Shown in pieces: positions 30,232-40,627 of a stretch of 64,000 nucleotides of DNA. The stretch spans positions 15,800-79,799 of the forward strand of contig JAGKWS010000004.1 of NCBI GenBank assembly GCA_021151685.1, given 5' to 3'. Position numbers and translations under genes: made by a program. Under the pieces are notes generated by a model that worked only from the letters and a program-made list of their open reading frames with translations, did not search any database and had not been told where the DNA came from. Numbering within the stretch: position 1 is the stretch's first letter; each line of letters begins with the position of its first letter. The stretch is from Chitinophagaceae bacterium. Its GTDB lineage: Bacteria; Bacteroidota; Bacteroidia; Chitinophagales; Chitinophagaceae.

Positions 30232-31425
30232 ATGTCGAAAAACCTCGGTATATCAGGATTGTTGTTGCTTGCTGGCATGTCAGCGTCGCAGGTTATGGCA
30301 CAGTCCAGTACAAACCTCAATGGAACATCTGCGTCATTTGTTACCACCGCGGTTCCTTTTTTGCGCATTTCGCCCGATGCCCGTTCCGGAGCTATGGGTG
30401 ATGCAGGTATAGCACTCTCACCAGACCCCAACTCACAGTATTGGAATGTTGCAAAAATGCCATTTACCGAAAAGTCTTATGGTGTATCGGCTACCTACAC
30501 GCCATGGCTTAAGGATCTGGTGCCAGATATTTTTCTTGCCTACCTCTCTGGTTATGCCAAGTTTGGCGAAGAGCAAGAGCAGGCGGTGAGTGCATCTATG
30601 CGTTATTTTTCGTTGGGTAATATCAATTATACCGACATACAGGGCAATGGCATAGGTACTGGTATGCCCCGCGAATATGCTTTCGATTTCGGCTATTCCC
30701 GTCGCCTGTCAGATAATCTGTCTGCCGGGTTGACAATGCGTTACATTCGCTCTGCAATAGCATCGGGTGTTACCTACACTACTACCGGTGGCGATTATAA
30801 GCCCGGTAATGCATTTGGTGCCGACCTCGGTGTGTTTTACACCAAAACAACAGAAAAAGAAGAGTACCATGCCAATACCTTCAACTTTGGTGCGGTTATC
30901 AGCAACCTGGGTTCAAAGATTACGTACAATTCTACCCGTCGCGATTTCATACCCATGAATCTGGGTATAGGTACGGCCTACACTATGCAGTTGGATGCGT
31001 ATAACAAAATCACCTTTGCGCTTGATTTGAATAAGCTATTGGTGCCTGCCTTGACCACAAGTGGTGCCGATACTGCTATTTCGGTGCCAAGTGGTATCAT
31101 CAAGTCGTTTACCACCGGCGACCAATTGGCACAAATAAATGTTGCTGCCGGTGCTGAGTACTGGTATCAGAATACGTTTGCGGTACGTGCCGGTTATTTT
31201 TACGAAAACAAGAACAATGGCGACCGCCAGTACCTTACTACCGGTATTGGTATCAAGTACAATGTGTTCCAGTTGCATGCTTCTTACCTGGTGCCACAAG
31301 GTTCAGGTATCAATCGCAACCCATTGTCTAATACATTGCGTTTTACACTTACTTTCGAGTTTGATAACCTTGGTACAGGTGGTAGCGATGAGCCTGTAGA
31401 AAGTGAGGCTCCTACACAAAACTAA
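30232..31425 (+). CDS. porV: T9SS outer-membrane shuttle PorV
   Basis: TTAVPFLRISPDARSGAMGD, YTPWL, SMRYFSLG; directly after porU. Start at ATG 30232. Confidence 0.93.
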   Translation: MSKNLGISGLLLLAGMSASQVMAQSSTNLNGTSASFVTTAVPFLRISPDARSGAMGDAGIALSPDPNSQYWNVAKMPFTEKSYGVSATYTPWLKDLVPDIFLAYLSGYAKFGEEQEQAVSASMRYFSLGNINYTDIQGNGIGTGMPREYAFDFGYSRRLSDNLSAGLTMRYIRSAIASGVTYTTTGGDYKPGNAFGADLGVFYTKTTEKEEYHANTFNFGAVISNLGSKITYNSTRRDFIPMNLGIGTAYTMQLDAYNKITFALDLNKLLVPALTTSGADTAISVPSGIIKSFTTGDQLAQINVAAGAEYWYQNTFAVRAGYFYENKNNGDRQYLTTGIGIKYNVFQLHASYLVPQGSGINRNPLSNTLRFTLTFEFDNLGTGGSDEPVESEAPTQN

Positions 31426-31450
31426 TACCACGGTATTGCCATATTTACAG

Positions 31451-31488
31451 AAAGGAAAATCCCGGTTGCAGCCGGGATTTTCCTTTTT
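31451..31488. terminator. Bidirectional terminator
   Basis: aaaggaaaatcccgg/ccgggattttccttt, 15-bp stem between convergent genes. Confidence 0.85.
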
Positions 31489-31537
31489 ATATTCAGTTGT
31501 ATATTTTGTTGCGAGTAGTGCTTGTGGCACTATCAAA

Positions 31538-32065
31538 TTAGTGCTGAAACAGGAAGATAACTATCGTAAAGCCACCCTTGTCTTTGTTGTACAGCACCTC
31601 CATGGTTACGTGTGGGGGTAAGTCTTTGACTGTGGTGCCTTCTTTGGGTTCGCCAATGTCTTTCATAAACACAACCTTCTTAAAGTCGCCAAGCCCGGCA
31701 GTCACATTTTCCTGAAGGGTCATTTTGTAGCCTTTGGGTCCGAGGCAGTCGGCCAGTTTCTGCTTATACTCTTCGTAGTAGGGTTGCAGTTTTTCTTTGT
31801 CTGACGACTGAAAGATAGCAGCCTCGTAAAACAACCCCATAGACTGCACCAAGCGGTAACCAATACTGCCCGGTAGCTTAATGGTACTGGCCCACATGGT
31901 GGCATTCATGTTCGACTCCATCATTCTTCCCTTTATGTTGCGGAAGTCTTGTGGTGCATCGGCCAGTATTGTGTTTACCCCCTCGCAAAAGGTAGTTTGT
32001 GCGTGTGATGCATAGCATGCAGCCACAGATGCAGCCAATAGTAATAACGTTTGTTTCAGAAACAT
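31538..32065 (-). CDS. Hypothetical secreted protein
   Basis: 175-aa ORF with signal peptide (ASHA-Q); no family recognised. Confidence 0.7.
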   Translation of the reverse strand: MFLKQTLLLLAASVAACYASHAQTTFCEGVNTILADAPQDFRNIKGRMMESNMNATMWASTIKLPGSIGYRLVQSMGLFYEAAIFQSSDKEKLQPYYEEYKQKLADCLGPKGYKMTLQENVTAGLGDFKKVVFMKDIGEPKEGTTVKDLPPHVTMEVLYNKDKGGFTIVIFLFQH

Positions 32066-32208
32066 ACTGCAATATAAGCGTTACCCGGTACGATGGCAAA
32101 ATAAAGAAGTGTTAATATGCCTATGTGTAGGTTGGTGCATAGATTGATAGCTATAGTGTTTGGGGGGGTCTTATACTATCTTCGTGCAGCAAATAAGTAG
32201 TACATAGT

Positions 32209-32652
32209 ATGGAGCAGAACGATGAATATTACATGCGGCAGGCCCTGCGCGAAGCCCGGTTGGCTTACGATGCAGGAGAGGTGCCTGTAGGAGCTGTGGT
32301 AGTAGCCGGAGGTAAGATTCTGGCCCGTGGCCACAATCAGGTAGAGCGGCTGAACGACTGCACTGCCCATGCCGAGATGATAGCCCTTACGGCTGCCTTC
32401 AATGGTTTGGGGGCCAAGTACCTGCCCGATGCTACACTGTACGTAACGGTAGAGCCATGCCTTATGTGCTGTGGTGCCCTATACTGGTCTAAGATTGGCC
32501 GGATAGTATATGGCACTGCCGATGCCAAAAATGGCTATCGCAGGGTTGCAGGGGAACAATGGCCCTTTCATCCCAAGACCGAGCTTACAGATGGGCTGCT
32601 GGCCAATGAATGTGCCCAGCTAATGAAAGACTTTTTTGCTGCGCGCCGGTAA
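32209..32652 (+). CDS. tadA: tRNA adenosine(34) deaminase / nucleoside deaminase
   Basis: GEVPVGA, AHAE, TVEPCLMC. Confidence 0.88.
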   Translation: MEQNDEYYMRQALREARLAYDAGEVPVGAVVVAGGKILARGHNQVERLNDCTAHAEMIALTAAFNGLGAKYLPDATLYVTVEPCLMCCGALYWSKIGRIVYGTADAKNGYRRVAGEQWPFHPKTELTDGLLANECAQLMKDFFAARR

Positions 32653-32666
32653 TTTCTGCGGTTGTG

Positions 32667-35048
32667 TTATCGGATGAGGGTTATGTCGCCCGCCAGCATC
32701 TTTCGTTCGCCATTCAGTACAAAGCTTATTTTGTAGAAGTATACGCCCACATCGGCAGGTGTTCCCTTGTACAGGCCATCCCAGCCGGCATAGATATCGT
32801 CTGTGAGAAATACATTTTCTCCAAACCTGTTGAAGATGGCTAATGTGTAACCACTATACCATTTCAGGTTGCCCTTTACCCTTGCTACGTCGTTTTTACC
32901 ATCGAAGTTGGGGGTGAATGCTGATGGAAACCAGATGTTGCATAACTCTACCTTTACCTTCACCGAATCGTCGGCTACGCAACCGGTAATGTCGGTTGCA
33001 TGCACATAATAGGTGATGTTGTCTACCGGCGAGGCCTCGGGCTCGTCGCAAATATGGCAGCTCAGGTGGTCGGGCGGCGACCATGTGAGCGTGGCGGGGT
33101 AGGTAGGGTCCATAGGGCCGGGGGTAAGGTGTATGGTTTCATCGCGGCAAATGGTGGTATCGGCTATCACCCACAAATACATGGTATGCCTGTTTACAGC
33201 AATGGTATCGGATCTTTTGCAACCAAGATTGTCGGTAACGGTGAGCGTATAGGTACGGTTTTCGGTATCGGTGGCGGTTGGCGAAGCACAAGTGGTACAG
33301 TTGAGCCCCGTAGCTGGTGACCAGTTATACAGTGCTCCTACTGCCGTAGTGGTTGGGTAGATGGTTTCGGGGAGGCCAATGCAACGCACCACATCATCGG
33401 GCATTGTCAGTGCAAAATTGCGTACATGTACCGTTATGGTATTGGTTAGCTGGCATCCGCGTATACTTGTGCCTGTTACGGTAAAAGAAGTGGAAGCAGA
33501 CGGATATGCCGGTGTAACAGCGCAAGTGGAACACTGTACTGACGAAGTAGGTAGCCATGCATATGTTGTTGTGCCGGCACCACTGGTAATATTTGCGGTA
33601 AGCAGTATGGTGTCTCCTAAACAAATGGTGGTGTCGGTAATTGCAGTACTCGTCATTTGTTCGCGGTACACGGTTACTGTGTCTTTCACCACACAGCCGC
33701 TGTTGTCGGAAACCTGCCATATGTAGGCAGTTGTTGCCAGATTATGTGCTACTGTTACAGGGCAGGTAACACAGCTGAGGCCGGAGGAAGGTGCCCAACT
33801 ATAGTTGTATGGCGGATAAAAGCCAGTTACACTATACCCAAGGCTGATGGCGGAGGTGTCGCAAAGCATGGTGTCTCGCAGCGATAATGGTGTGAACTGC
33901 GGGGCTACCATTACAGTGTCGGTAGCGGTACAGCCTTCGGCATTGGTTACGGTAAGTATGTACTGTACCCCATAAGAAGGCGATACTGTAATGGAACTAC
34001 ATGTAGCGCACGATACGCCGCCATATGAGGCACTCCAAAGGTAAGAGAGGGAAGTGCCGGGAGTAGAAACAGCAGGTGCCAGTACTACTGGTGTAGACGG
34101 GCAGAACAGTGTGTCGTGCATGGGGGTAAGGTCTATATGGGCATCGTGAATGGTAGAATACAACGTGTCGGTACAGGCATAGCCGGGTGGCTGATGTAGC
34201 ACTAATGCATAGGTGCGTGTACCTGTAGCTGGCATAGGTGTGGTGAGTATACGGGAGGTACCCAGCAGGGTTGTAAAGGAAGAATCGTACCACGAATAGC
34301 CGTAGAAGCCCAGCGGGCCTGTAAGAATGGCAGAGTCTCCTCTACAGATTTCGTTGCTGATGGCAAATACGCCACAGGTCATGTCTACATAACCATAGCC
34401 AAAGTGTGCGCCCAAACCACAATCTGTGGCTGTAAACTCGATACGCACGGTATGCCCACCCAAGCCGCTCAGGTTTAGCATGCCTGTTGTCCATGGGCGG
34501 TAGTATACCATGGTATCTATAGAAGCACGATAGAAACCCTCGGCCCCGGTATCGGCAATAAAAGAATACTCTGCACAAGGTAGTGGAGCCCCCGTGGCCG
34601 AATCGGATGCTTTTACCTGAAAACGAGGCTGGTAGTATGCCGCATGGTAGGGTGCCTGAAACACCACTGCATACCGGTATATGAGGGCATAGGCACTGCT
34701 GCCGGTGGGTACGGTGATATAATACCGGGCACGTTCGGCACCGGAGCCGGAGGCATTGTTGCCCAATTTGAGCGAATAGGTACCACCGCCCGGTGCAACA
34801 GTTGGGAACAGGCCGTAGGGATCCATGGTGGGCGGTCCGGTTATTTGGTGGCGGGTAGGCAATGGTGGTGACGGTACCACCACTACAGGACAGCAACTGC
34901 CCGTATCGTAGTGCCAAACCGAGGTGTTGCCAAGTTCAAAGTCTATGTTGGGTGGGCAGCTGACGGTTTGAGCATGTATGCCGCTGGCATACATAACAGA
35001 GAGAAGCAAAGAAAGGAATACGGCAAAGAACGAGGGTATTCGGGTCAT
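32667..35048 (-). CDS. Secreted Ig-repeat protein with gliding-motility-associated (T9SS type B) CTD
   Basis: Repeated YxWSP..GLSC..C units; C-terminus WFPSAFTPNFDGKND...IFNRFG...WDG...G.ITLIR. Confidence 0.88.
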   Translation of the reverse strand: MTRIPSFFAVFLSLLLSVMYASGIHAQTVSCPPNIDFELGNTSVWHYDTGSCCPVVVVPSPPLPTRHQITGPPTMDPYGLFPTVAPGGGTYSLKLGNNASGSGAERARYYITVPTGSSAYALIYRYAVVFQAPYHAAYYQPRFQVKASDSATGAPLPCAEYSFIADTGAEGFYRASIDTMVYYRPWTTGMLNLSGLGGHTVRIEFTATDCGLGAHFGYGYVDMTCGVFAISNEICRGDSAILTGPLGFYGYSWYDSSFTTLLGTSRILTTPMPATGTRTYALVLHQPPGYACTDTLYSTIHDAHIDLTPMHDTLFCPSTPVVLAPAVSTPGTSLSYLWSASYGGVSCATCSSITVSPSYGVQYILTVTNAEGCTATDTVMVAPQFTPLSLRDTMLCDTSAISLGYSVTGFYPPYNYSWAPSSGLSCVTCPVTVAHNLATTAYIWQVSDNSGCVVKDTVTVYREQMTSTAITDTTICLGDTILLTANITSGAGTTTYAWLPTSSVQCSTCAVTPAYPSASTSFTVTGTSIRGCQLTNTITVHVRNFALTMPDDVVRCIGLPETIYPTTTAVGALYNWSPATGLNCTTCASPTATDTENRTYTLTVTDNLGCKRSDTIAVNRHTMYLWVIADTTICRDETIHLTPGPMDPTYPATLTWSPPDHLSCHICDEPEASPVDNITYYVHATDITGCVADDSVKVKVELCNIWFPSAFTPNFDGKNDVARVKGNLKWYSGYTLAIFNRFGENVFLTDDIYAGWDGLYKGTPADVGVYFYKISFVLNGERKMLAGDITLIR

Positions 35049-35479
35049 AAAGAGTGGTTGAGTGTGTTGGGTAATTTATTGTGGATATACCGGTTGCGAC
35101 ATTGTAGTAGTAATTTATAACAATAAATGTGCCATAAAATATATGTAATCGGTGCACGATGTACTTGAACGAGTAGGGTGGGTAGGCGTGCGGTGTGGCA
35201 TCATAACGGTGTCTTTAGTGTGCGGCACCAACAAACTGTTGGCTATCAGCCCAATAGCAAGTGAGCTGCATGCATAAACAGACAGTGCGTTTTTGTTGTT
35301 GGTTGGTGAAAACACCAAAAAAGGCAAAAAATATTAATGGCCGGTTTAAGATTTATTCATTGCCTTTCTTATGGTGTTTCTGGCTGCAACTTCGTTACAT
35401 TTTTCGCCATAGGAAAGGCTATGGCTGCAAAATGTGTCTGGTTTCGCTCAATAACAACGCTCATAATAAACACAAGCAA

Positions 35480-35518
35480 TAAATCTTAAAGAGGCTCTAA
35501 ATCTTAAACAGGCTCTAA
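35480..35518. repeat. 18-bp tandem direct repeat (2 copies + partial)
   Basis: taaatcttaaagaggctc / taaatcttaaacaggctc / taa. Confidence 0.7.
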
Positions 35519-35588
35519 TGCTCTATTGATATTGGATAGTTGGCCGTAAGTGGTGGTTTGCTGTACACACAAGCCATATGCCTGATGG

Positions 35589-36176
35589 CTATCGCCACTT
35601 CAGGGTATTGAGCATATGCTCTATGTCTTGCAGGAGGAAGTCGGTAGCAGGTTTCAGCGAATCGGCATTGGGTGTTACGTCGAAGTAGAGTGCGCCGCGC
35701 AAAAAATGATGTGAGGAGTCGGTAGCGGCAAACTGGTAGCGGGTAGCGGCATTGCCACCTACGGTAAAAATCATGCACTGCACGCCATTGGGGTTGTCGA
35801 GTGCGCGGTTGTCTATATAGTCGGCACGCTCGTGGTGAAAGTAGGATAGCCCCCACGAATCGTCTATGAGTTTGTAGAATGGCGTTTCTTTCGTTATTTC
35901 CTTGTAGGTGATGTTGATGATGCCGCCCAGCTCTTTCATATACATGTTTATCCAGTATTTGTTTTGCTGGTCTTTGGTGAATACAGTGTCTTGTTGAATT
36001 TCGCAATACACGGGATATTCGAATGTATAAGGGAATCCCTCTTTGTCGAATATGCGATAACTGTGGTTGGCAGGGGTGTCTACCTTAAAATAGCCTGATG
36101 GTTTGGGGTAATAGGTTTCGGGCCGGCAGGATGCCAGAAAAAGGATAGCGACAACAGCAACTTTCAGTGGATGCAT
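35589..36176 (-). CDS. gldD: Gliding motility lipoprotein GldD
   Basis: Lipobox LASC; YPKPSGYFK, FPYTFEYP, GNAATRYQF, TDSSHHFLRGALYF...DSLKP. Start at ATG 36176 or 36194 (track 36287 too long). Confidence 0.88.
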   Translation of the reverse strand: MHPLKVAVVAILFLASCRPETYYPKPSGYFKVDTPANHSYRIFDKEGFPYTFEYPVYCEIQQDTVFTKDQQNKYWINMYMKELGGIINITYKEITKETPFYKLIDDSWGLSYFHHERADYIDNRALDNPNGVQCMIFTVGGNAATRYQFAATDSSHHFLRGALYFDVTPNADSLKPATDFLLQDIEHMLNTLKWR

Positions 36177-36272
36177 GGGGTGTAAAGATAACATAACAGC
36201 ATCAATGCACGCACACCTCTGTAAATACCACGAATTTCTCCTATTTTCGCATTCCTTAAAAACACAAAAATC

Positions 36273-36587
36273 ATGACAGAACAGCAATCACCCGAGCAGC
36301 AACTGAACATAGAACTTTCTGAAGAAATGGCGGATGGCGAATATGCCAACCTTGCCATCATCACGCATTCTTTTGCCGAGTTTGTTATAGACTTTGTAAA
36401 TGTAATGCCGAATGTACCCAAGGCTAAGGTAAAGTCTCGTATTGTAATGACTCCTCAGCATGCCAAGAGATTGATGCGTGCCCTGATAGACAATGTGAAG
36501 CGTTTTGAAGCGCAGAACGGCGTTATTAAAGATCAGGAGTCTACAGCGGCACCATTCAACTTTGGCGGCCCTACAGGTCAGGCTTAA
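36273..36587 (+). CDS. DUF3467 family protein
   Basis: GEYANLAIITHS..EFVIDF...P....KSRIVMTPQHAKRL. Confidence 0.85.
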   Translation: MTEQQSPEQQLNIELSEEMADGEYANLAIITHSFAEFVIDFVNVMPNVPKAKVKSRIVMTPQHAKRLMRALIDNVKRFEAQNGVIKDQESTAAPFNFGGPTGQA

Positions 36588-36601
36588 TTTATTATTTTCA
36601 G

Positions 36602-36645
36602 GCCACTGCATGCCCATGGTGTATGCAGTGGCTTCTTTTATTTTT
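36602..36645 (+). terminator. Rho-independent terminator
   Basis: gccactgcatgc/gtatgcagtggc stem followed by a T-rich run. Confidence 0.7.
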
Positions 36646-36677
36646 TAATTATTTACAGTTTCTATTACCAGACGTTT

Positions 36678-38216
36678 ATGAACGACAAGATTCTTATCCT
36701 CGATTTCGGTTCGCAGTTTACACAGCTTATAGCCCGCCGCGTGCGCGAGCTGAATGTATTTTGCGAAATACAGCCTTGTACCAAGCCTGTAACCTATACC
36801 GACGATATGAAGGGTATCATTTTGTCGGGCAGTCCCTTCTCGGTAAACGATGCTAACGCCCCCATGCCCGATATTGCGGCTATGGCTGCCCACCTGCCGG
36901 TATTGGCAGTGTGTTATGGTGCCCAGTTGCTGGCCAAACAGAGCGGGGGTGAAGTAGGAAAATCTACCCATCGCGAGTATGGTCGCGCTCATTTGCAGGA
37001 CGTGATACACGACCCGCTGATGGCGACTATTCCTACAGGCTCGCAGGTATGGATGAGTCATAGCGACACTATAAAGAGCTTGCCCGAAGGGTTTACGGTG
37101 ATTGCCCGCACAGAGGCGATACCAGTGGCTGCCTTCCGTGCCAGTGCTGCGTATGCCCCCAATCCGGTATATGGTATTCAGTTTCACCCCGAGGTGACGC
37201 ATAGTACCGACGGTGGCCAATTGCTGAAAAACTTTGTGGTAGACATATGCGGAGCTCGTCAGGATTGGACACCTGCGGCATTCATACACGAAACCGTAGA
37301 GCGCATACGCAAAGAAGCTGGCGATAAAAAAGTGGTAATGGCACTGAGCGGTGGGGTAGACTCTACCGTGGCTGCTACCCTTATACACAAGGCTATTGGT
37401 AACAGACTGTCTTGCATTTTTGTAGACAATGGCCTGCTGCGCAAAGACGAATTTGAGCAGGTGCTGGAAGGTTACCGCCATCTGGGCCTGAATACCCAAG
37501 GGATTGATGCCCGCCAGCTTTTCTATGGCGAGCTGGATGGTGTTACCGACCCCGAGAAGAAGCGTAAGATCATTGGTCGCTTATTCATTGAAGTATTTCA
37601 GGAGGAGTCTAAGAAACTGGAAGACGTAAGTTTCCTTGGTCAGGGTACCATTTATCCCGATGTTATTGAATCTGTATCGGTTCATGGTCCATCGGCTACT
37701 ATCAAGTCGCACCACAATGTGGGTGGCCTGCCCGATACCATGCATTTGTCGCTCATAGAGCCACTGCGCATGCTCTTCAAAGACGAGGTGCGCCGTGTGG
37801 GTCGCGAGCTGGGTATAGACGATATTTTCATTGGTCGTCATCCGTTCCCTGGTCCGGGTTTGGGCATTCGTATATTGGGTGCCGTATCGGAAGAGAAAGT
37901 AAAAATGCTACAAGAAGCCGATGCTATCTACATACAGCACTTGCGCGATAGTGGTATGTACCATCAGGTATGGCAGGCTGGTGCTATATTGCTGCCAGTA
38001 CAGAGTGTAGGTGTAATGGGCGATGAGCGTACCTATGAGTACACATGTGCATTGCGTGCAGTAACATCGGTAGATGGTATGACGGCCGATTGGGCACACT
38101 TGCCTTACGATTTGCTGGCGCGTATCTCTAACGACATCATTAACCGTGTGAAGGGTATCAACCGCGTGGTGTACGACATCAGCAGCAAGCCACCGGCAAC
38201 TATTGAGTGGGAATAA
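36678..38216 (+). CDS. guaA: GMP synthase (glutamine-hydrolysing)
   Basis: [39 protein letters not shown]. Confidence 0.97.
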   Translation: MNDKILILDFGSQFTQLIARRVRELNVFCEIQPCTKPVTYTDDMKGIILSGSPFSVNDANAPMPDIAAMAAHLPVLAVCYGAQLLAKQSGGEVGKSTHREYGRAHLQDVIHDPLMATIPTGSQVWMSHSDTIKSLPEGFTVIARTEAIPVAAFRASAAYAPNPVYGIQFHPEVTHSTDGGQLLKNFVVDICGARQDWTPAAFIHETVERIRKEAGDKKVVMALSGGVDSTVAATLIHKAIGNRLSCIFVDNGLLRKDEFEQVLEGYRHLGLNTQGIDARQLFYGELDGVTDPEKKRKIIGRLFIEVFQEESKKLEDVSFLGQGTIYPDVIESVSVHGPSATIKSHHNVGGLPDTMHLSLIEPLRMLFKDEVRRVGRELGIDDIFIGRHPFPGPGLGIRILGAVSEEKVKMLQEADAIYIQHLRDSGMYHQVWQAGAILLPVQSVGVMGDERTYEYTCALRAVTSVDGMTADWAHLPYDLLARISNDIINRVKGINRVVYDISSKPPATIEWE

Positions 38217-38283
38217 TACCCACTCATTTCCTGCTTGTTATGCTTTTGTAGCTACCATAGTAGCTTGTAGCGGCCTATTGTGT

Positions 38284-39543
38284 TTATGGTAGTAGCTCGC
38301 ACATCATGCCGCATTGCTGCATGTGGGTGAAAAAGTCGGGGTACGATTTGGCTACAGCACCTGCATCAGAGATGTTTACATAGCCCTTGGCACGTAACGC
38401 ACACACTGCCGCTGCCATTACTATACGGTGGTCGTTGTAGCCGTCTATAGAGGTGTATTGCACCCGCTCGCGGCCATCTATATACAGTGTATCATCTGCC
38501 GCCGAGAAGTCTATTCCATATCGCCACAGCATCTCTGTAATGCTTTCTACCCGGTTGCTTTCTTTGGCAAACAGGCGGTGCAATCCCTTTATGCTGCTGG
38601 TGCCCCTACAGGCCGTAGCCAGTACCGCCAATGCGGGAAACAGATCGGGGCAATCGGTGGCATCGGTATCGAAGCTGGCCAGCCATGCTTTGCTTACTGT
38701 TATTTGTTGCCCATCGGCTACTACGCCTGCACCAATATCGGTTAGTATCTCCAGTATTTTTTTATCAGCCTGTCGGCTTTCTGTGTTCAGGTTTGGTATT
38801 GTTACCCGGCCTGTTATAGCACCTGCTACCAATACGCACGATGCACTGCTCCAATCGGCTTCTATAGTTATTTCGCGCTCCGATTGATGGGTAAACAGGG
38901 GTGGGGCTATGTAGAAACGCTCATACCTGTCGTGCTGTACCGGGCGGCCAAATTGTGCCAGCACATCCAGCGTCATATCTATGTAGGGGCGGCTTTTCAG
39001 GTTGTTTACCGTAAGGGTTACCGGTGTTGTAGCACTGGCACAGAGCGCAAACAACACCCCACTTACCAACTGAGAACTACCATGTGCATCAATGGTTACT
39101 GATGCAGGTGTCAGTGGCCCTTTTACGGTAAATGGCACATGGCTATTGTAGCCCTGCATGTGTACACCCAATTTTTTCAGGGTGTCTTCCAACCCTTCCA
39201 GCGGGCGTTGCAGCAGGCTGCCACTGCCTGTAAGGGTTATGGGGCTATGGTGCAGTGCTGCAATGGGGGCAAAGAGCCTTGTGGCCAGGCCACTTTCGCC
39301 ACAGTTGATGGTATTGCTTGTGGGGTGTAACCCTTTGCTGTTGATGTATTGTCCGTGGGCTGTAGCACCCAATTGATGTATTACCTGCAGTGCGGCCTGT
39401 TCATCGGCCGAATGGCCTGCATTGTGTATGAGGGTGCGGCCGGCAAACAGCAGTGCTGCTGCGTAGGCGCGTTGGGTCAAACTTTTGGATGGAGGTACGG
39501 AAACTGTTCCGTCAATGACTCCGGGTGCTATCCGGGCTTTCAT
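38284..39543 (-). CDS. aroA: 3-phosphoshikimate 1-carboxyvinyltransferase
   Basis: PPSKSLTQR, CGESG, SSQLVSG, KESNR, DHRIVM, KSYPDFF. Confidence 0.93.
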   Translation of the reverse strand: MKARIAPGVIDGTVSVPPSKSLTQRAYAAALLFAGRTLIHNAGHSADEQAALQVIHQLGATAHGQYINSKGLHPTSNTINCGESGLATRLFAPIAALHHSPITLTGSGSLLQRPLEGLEDTLKKLGVHMQGYNSHVPFTVKGPLTPASVTIDAHGSSQLVSGVLFALCASATTPVTLTVNNLKSRPYIDMTLDVLAQFGRPVQHDRYERFYIAPPLFTHQSEREITIEADWSSASCVLVAGAITGRVTIPNLNTESRQADKKILEILTDIGAGVVADGQQITVSKAWLASFDTDATDCPDLFPALAVLATACRGTSSIKGLHRLFAKESNRVESITEMLWRYGIDFSAADDTLYIDGRERVQYTSIDGYNDHRIVMAAAVCALRAKGYVNISDAGAVAKSYPDFFTHMQQCGMMCELLP

Positions 39544-40561
39544 ATAATGCCAGTGTGTGTGCTATGGTGGCCAGTGGCAACGGCTTTATTACCGCCTGCC
39601 CCTTACCGGTAAGCAAGATATAATCTATCTGGTCATTCTTACGTTTTTTATCACTTTTTAATACCTCCAGCACTTGCTGGTGGTGTATGGCAATGCTGGT
39701 GGGTAGGCCGTATTGGGGCAAAAGGGTACGTATCTGCGCTGTAACAGAAGGTGCCAGCCCGGTCTCTTGTTCCGACAGATGGCACGCAATTACCATGCCT
39801 ATGGCTACTGCCTGCCCATGGGCCAAGCCGTACAGTTTTTCTATGGCATGCCCGGCAGTATGCCCAAAGTTCAGCAGTTTTCTGATGCCCTGCTCGTGTT
39901 CATCTTCGGCTATGGTTTTGTTCTTCCATGCAGCGCATTGCTCTATTAGTGTATTGAGGGCAGTGGCGTTGTTTTGGTAGTAAGCTACATCGTGCATTTG
40001 CAGCTCGTTCAGCAATGCTGCATCAAATATGCAGCCATATTTTATTACCTCGGCAAATCCGTTGCACCATTCGGTATAGGGCAGTGTGTGCAGCAGGGTA
40101 GTGTCGTAGTATATAAAGGAGGGTTGCCGTACCGTGCCTATCATGTTTTTGTACAGGCCCGTATTTACCCCGTTTTTGCCACCAATAGCGGCATCGGTCA
40201 TGGCCAGCAGGGTGGTGGGCACAAAACCAAACCGTACACCCCGCATATATACCGAGGCCACAAAACCAGTAATGTCGGTAACCATGCCACCGCCTACTCC
40301 TATGAGTATACTATGGCGGGTAGCCCCTTTTTGTATTAGTTGGTTGGTGAGCCAGCCCACATTGTCCAGCGTTTTGTGTTCCTCGCCCGCAGGTAGCACA
40401 ATAGGGCTTTGCCCTCCAAACACTTTGGGGTGGCAGGCTGCTACGTTTTCATCGGTAATGAATACCACATCGGTATTGTCGTACAGGTTGCGTAGCTGCG
40501 ATAGATTACTATCGAAGTAATACCGTACCGTACCCGATGGAAATGTGACGTGCTGCACCAT
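39512..40561 (-). CDS. aroB: 3-dehydroquinate synthase
   Basis: GEEHKT, GGGMVTD, PTTLLAMTDAAIGGKNG, LNFGHTAGHAIE. Start at 40561 or 40582. Confidence 0.94.
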   Translation of the reverse strand: MVQHVTFPSGTVRYYFDSNLSQLRNLYDNTDVVFITDENVAACHPKVFGGQSPIVLPAGEEHKTLDNVGWLTNQLIQKGATRHSILIGVGGGMVTDITGFVASVYMRGVRFGFVPTTLLAMTDAAIGGKNGVNTGLYKNMIGTVRQPSFIYYDTTLLHTLPYTEWCNGFAEVIKYGCIFDAALLNELQMHDVAYYQNNATALNTLIEQCAAWKNKTIAEDEHEQGIRKLLNFGHTAGHAIEKLYGLAHGQAVAIGMVIACHLSEQETGLAPSVTAQIRTLLPQYGLPTSIAIHHQQVLEVLKSDKKRKNDQIDYILLTGKGQAVIKPLPLATIAHTLALYESPDSTRSH

Positions 40562-40627
40562 ATGTTGCAAAAGTAAGGGCATCTGTGTCCAGATGCCCTC
40601 TTGTGTATTTTTTATGTACTTGAGTAG

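Noticed and set aside
32209-32652. Deaminase as an anti-phage nucleotide-depleting enzyme
   Set aside because: Size and motifs fit housekeeping TadA; base composition and neighbours are ordinary.
35115-35482. Small ORFs in the gldD / cargo intergenic gap
   Set aside because: No motif, signal peptide or convincing start context.
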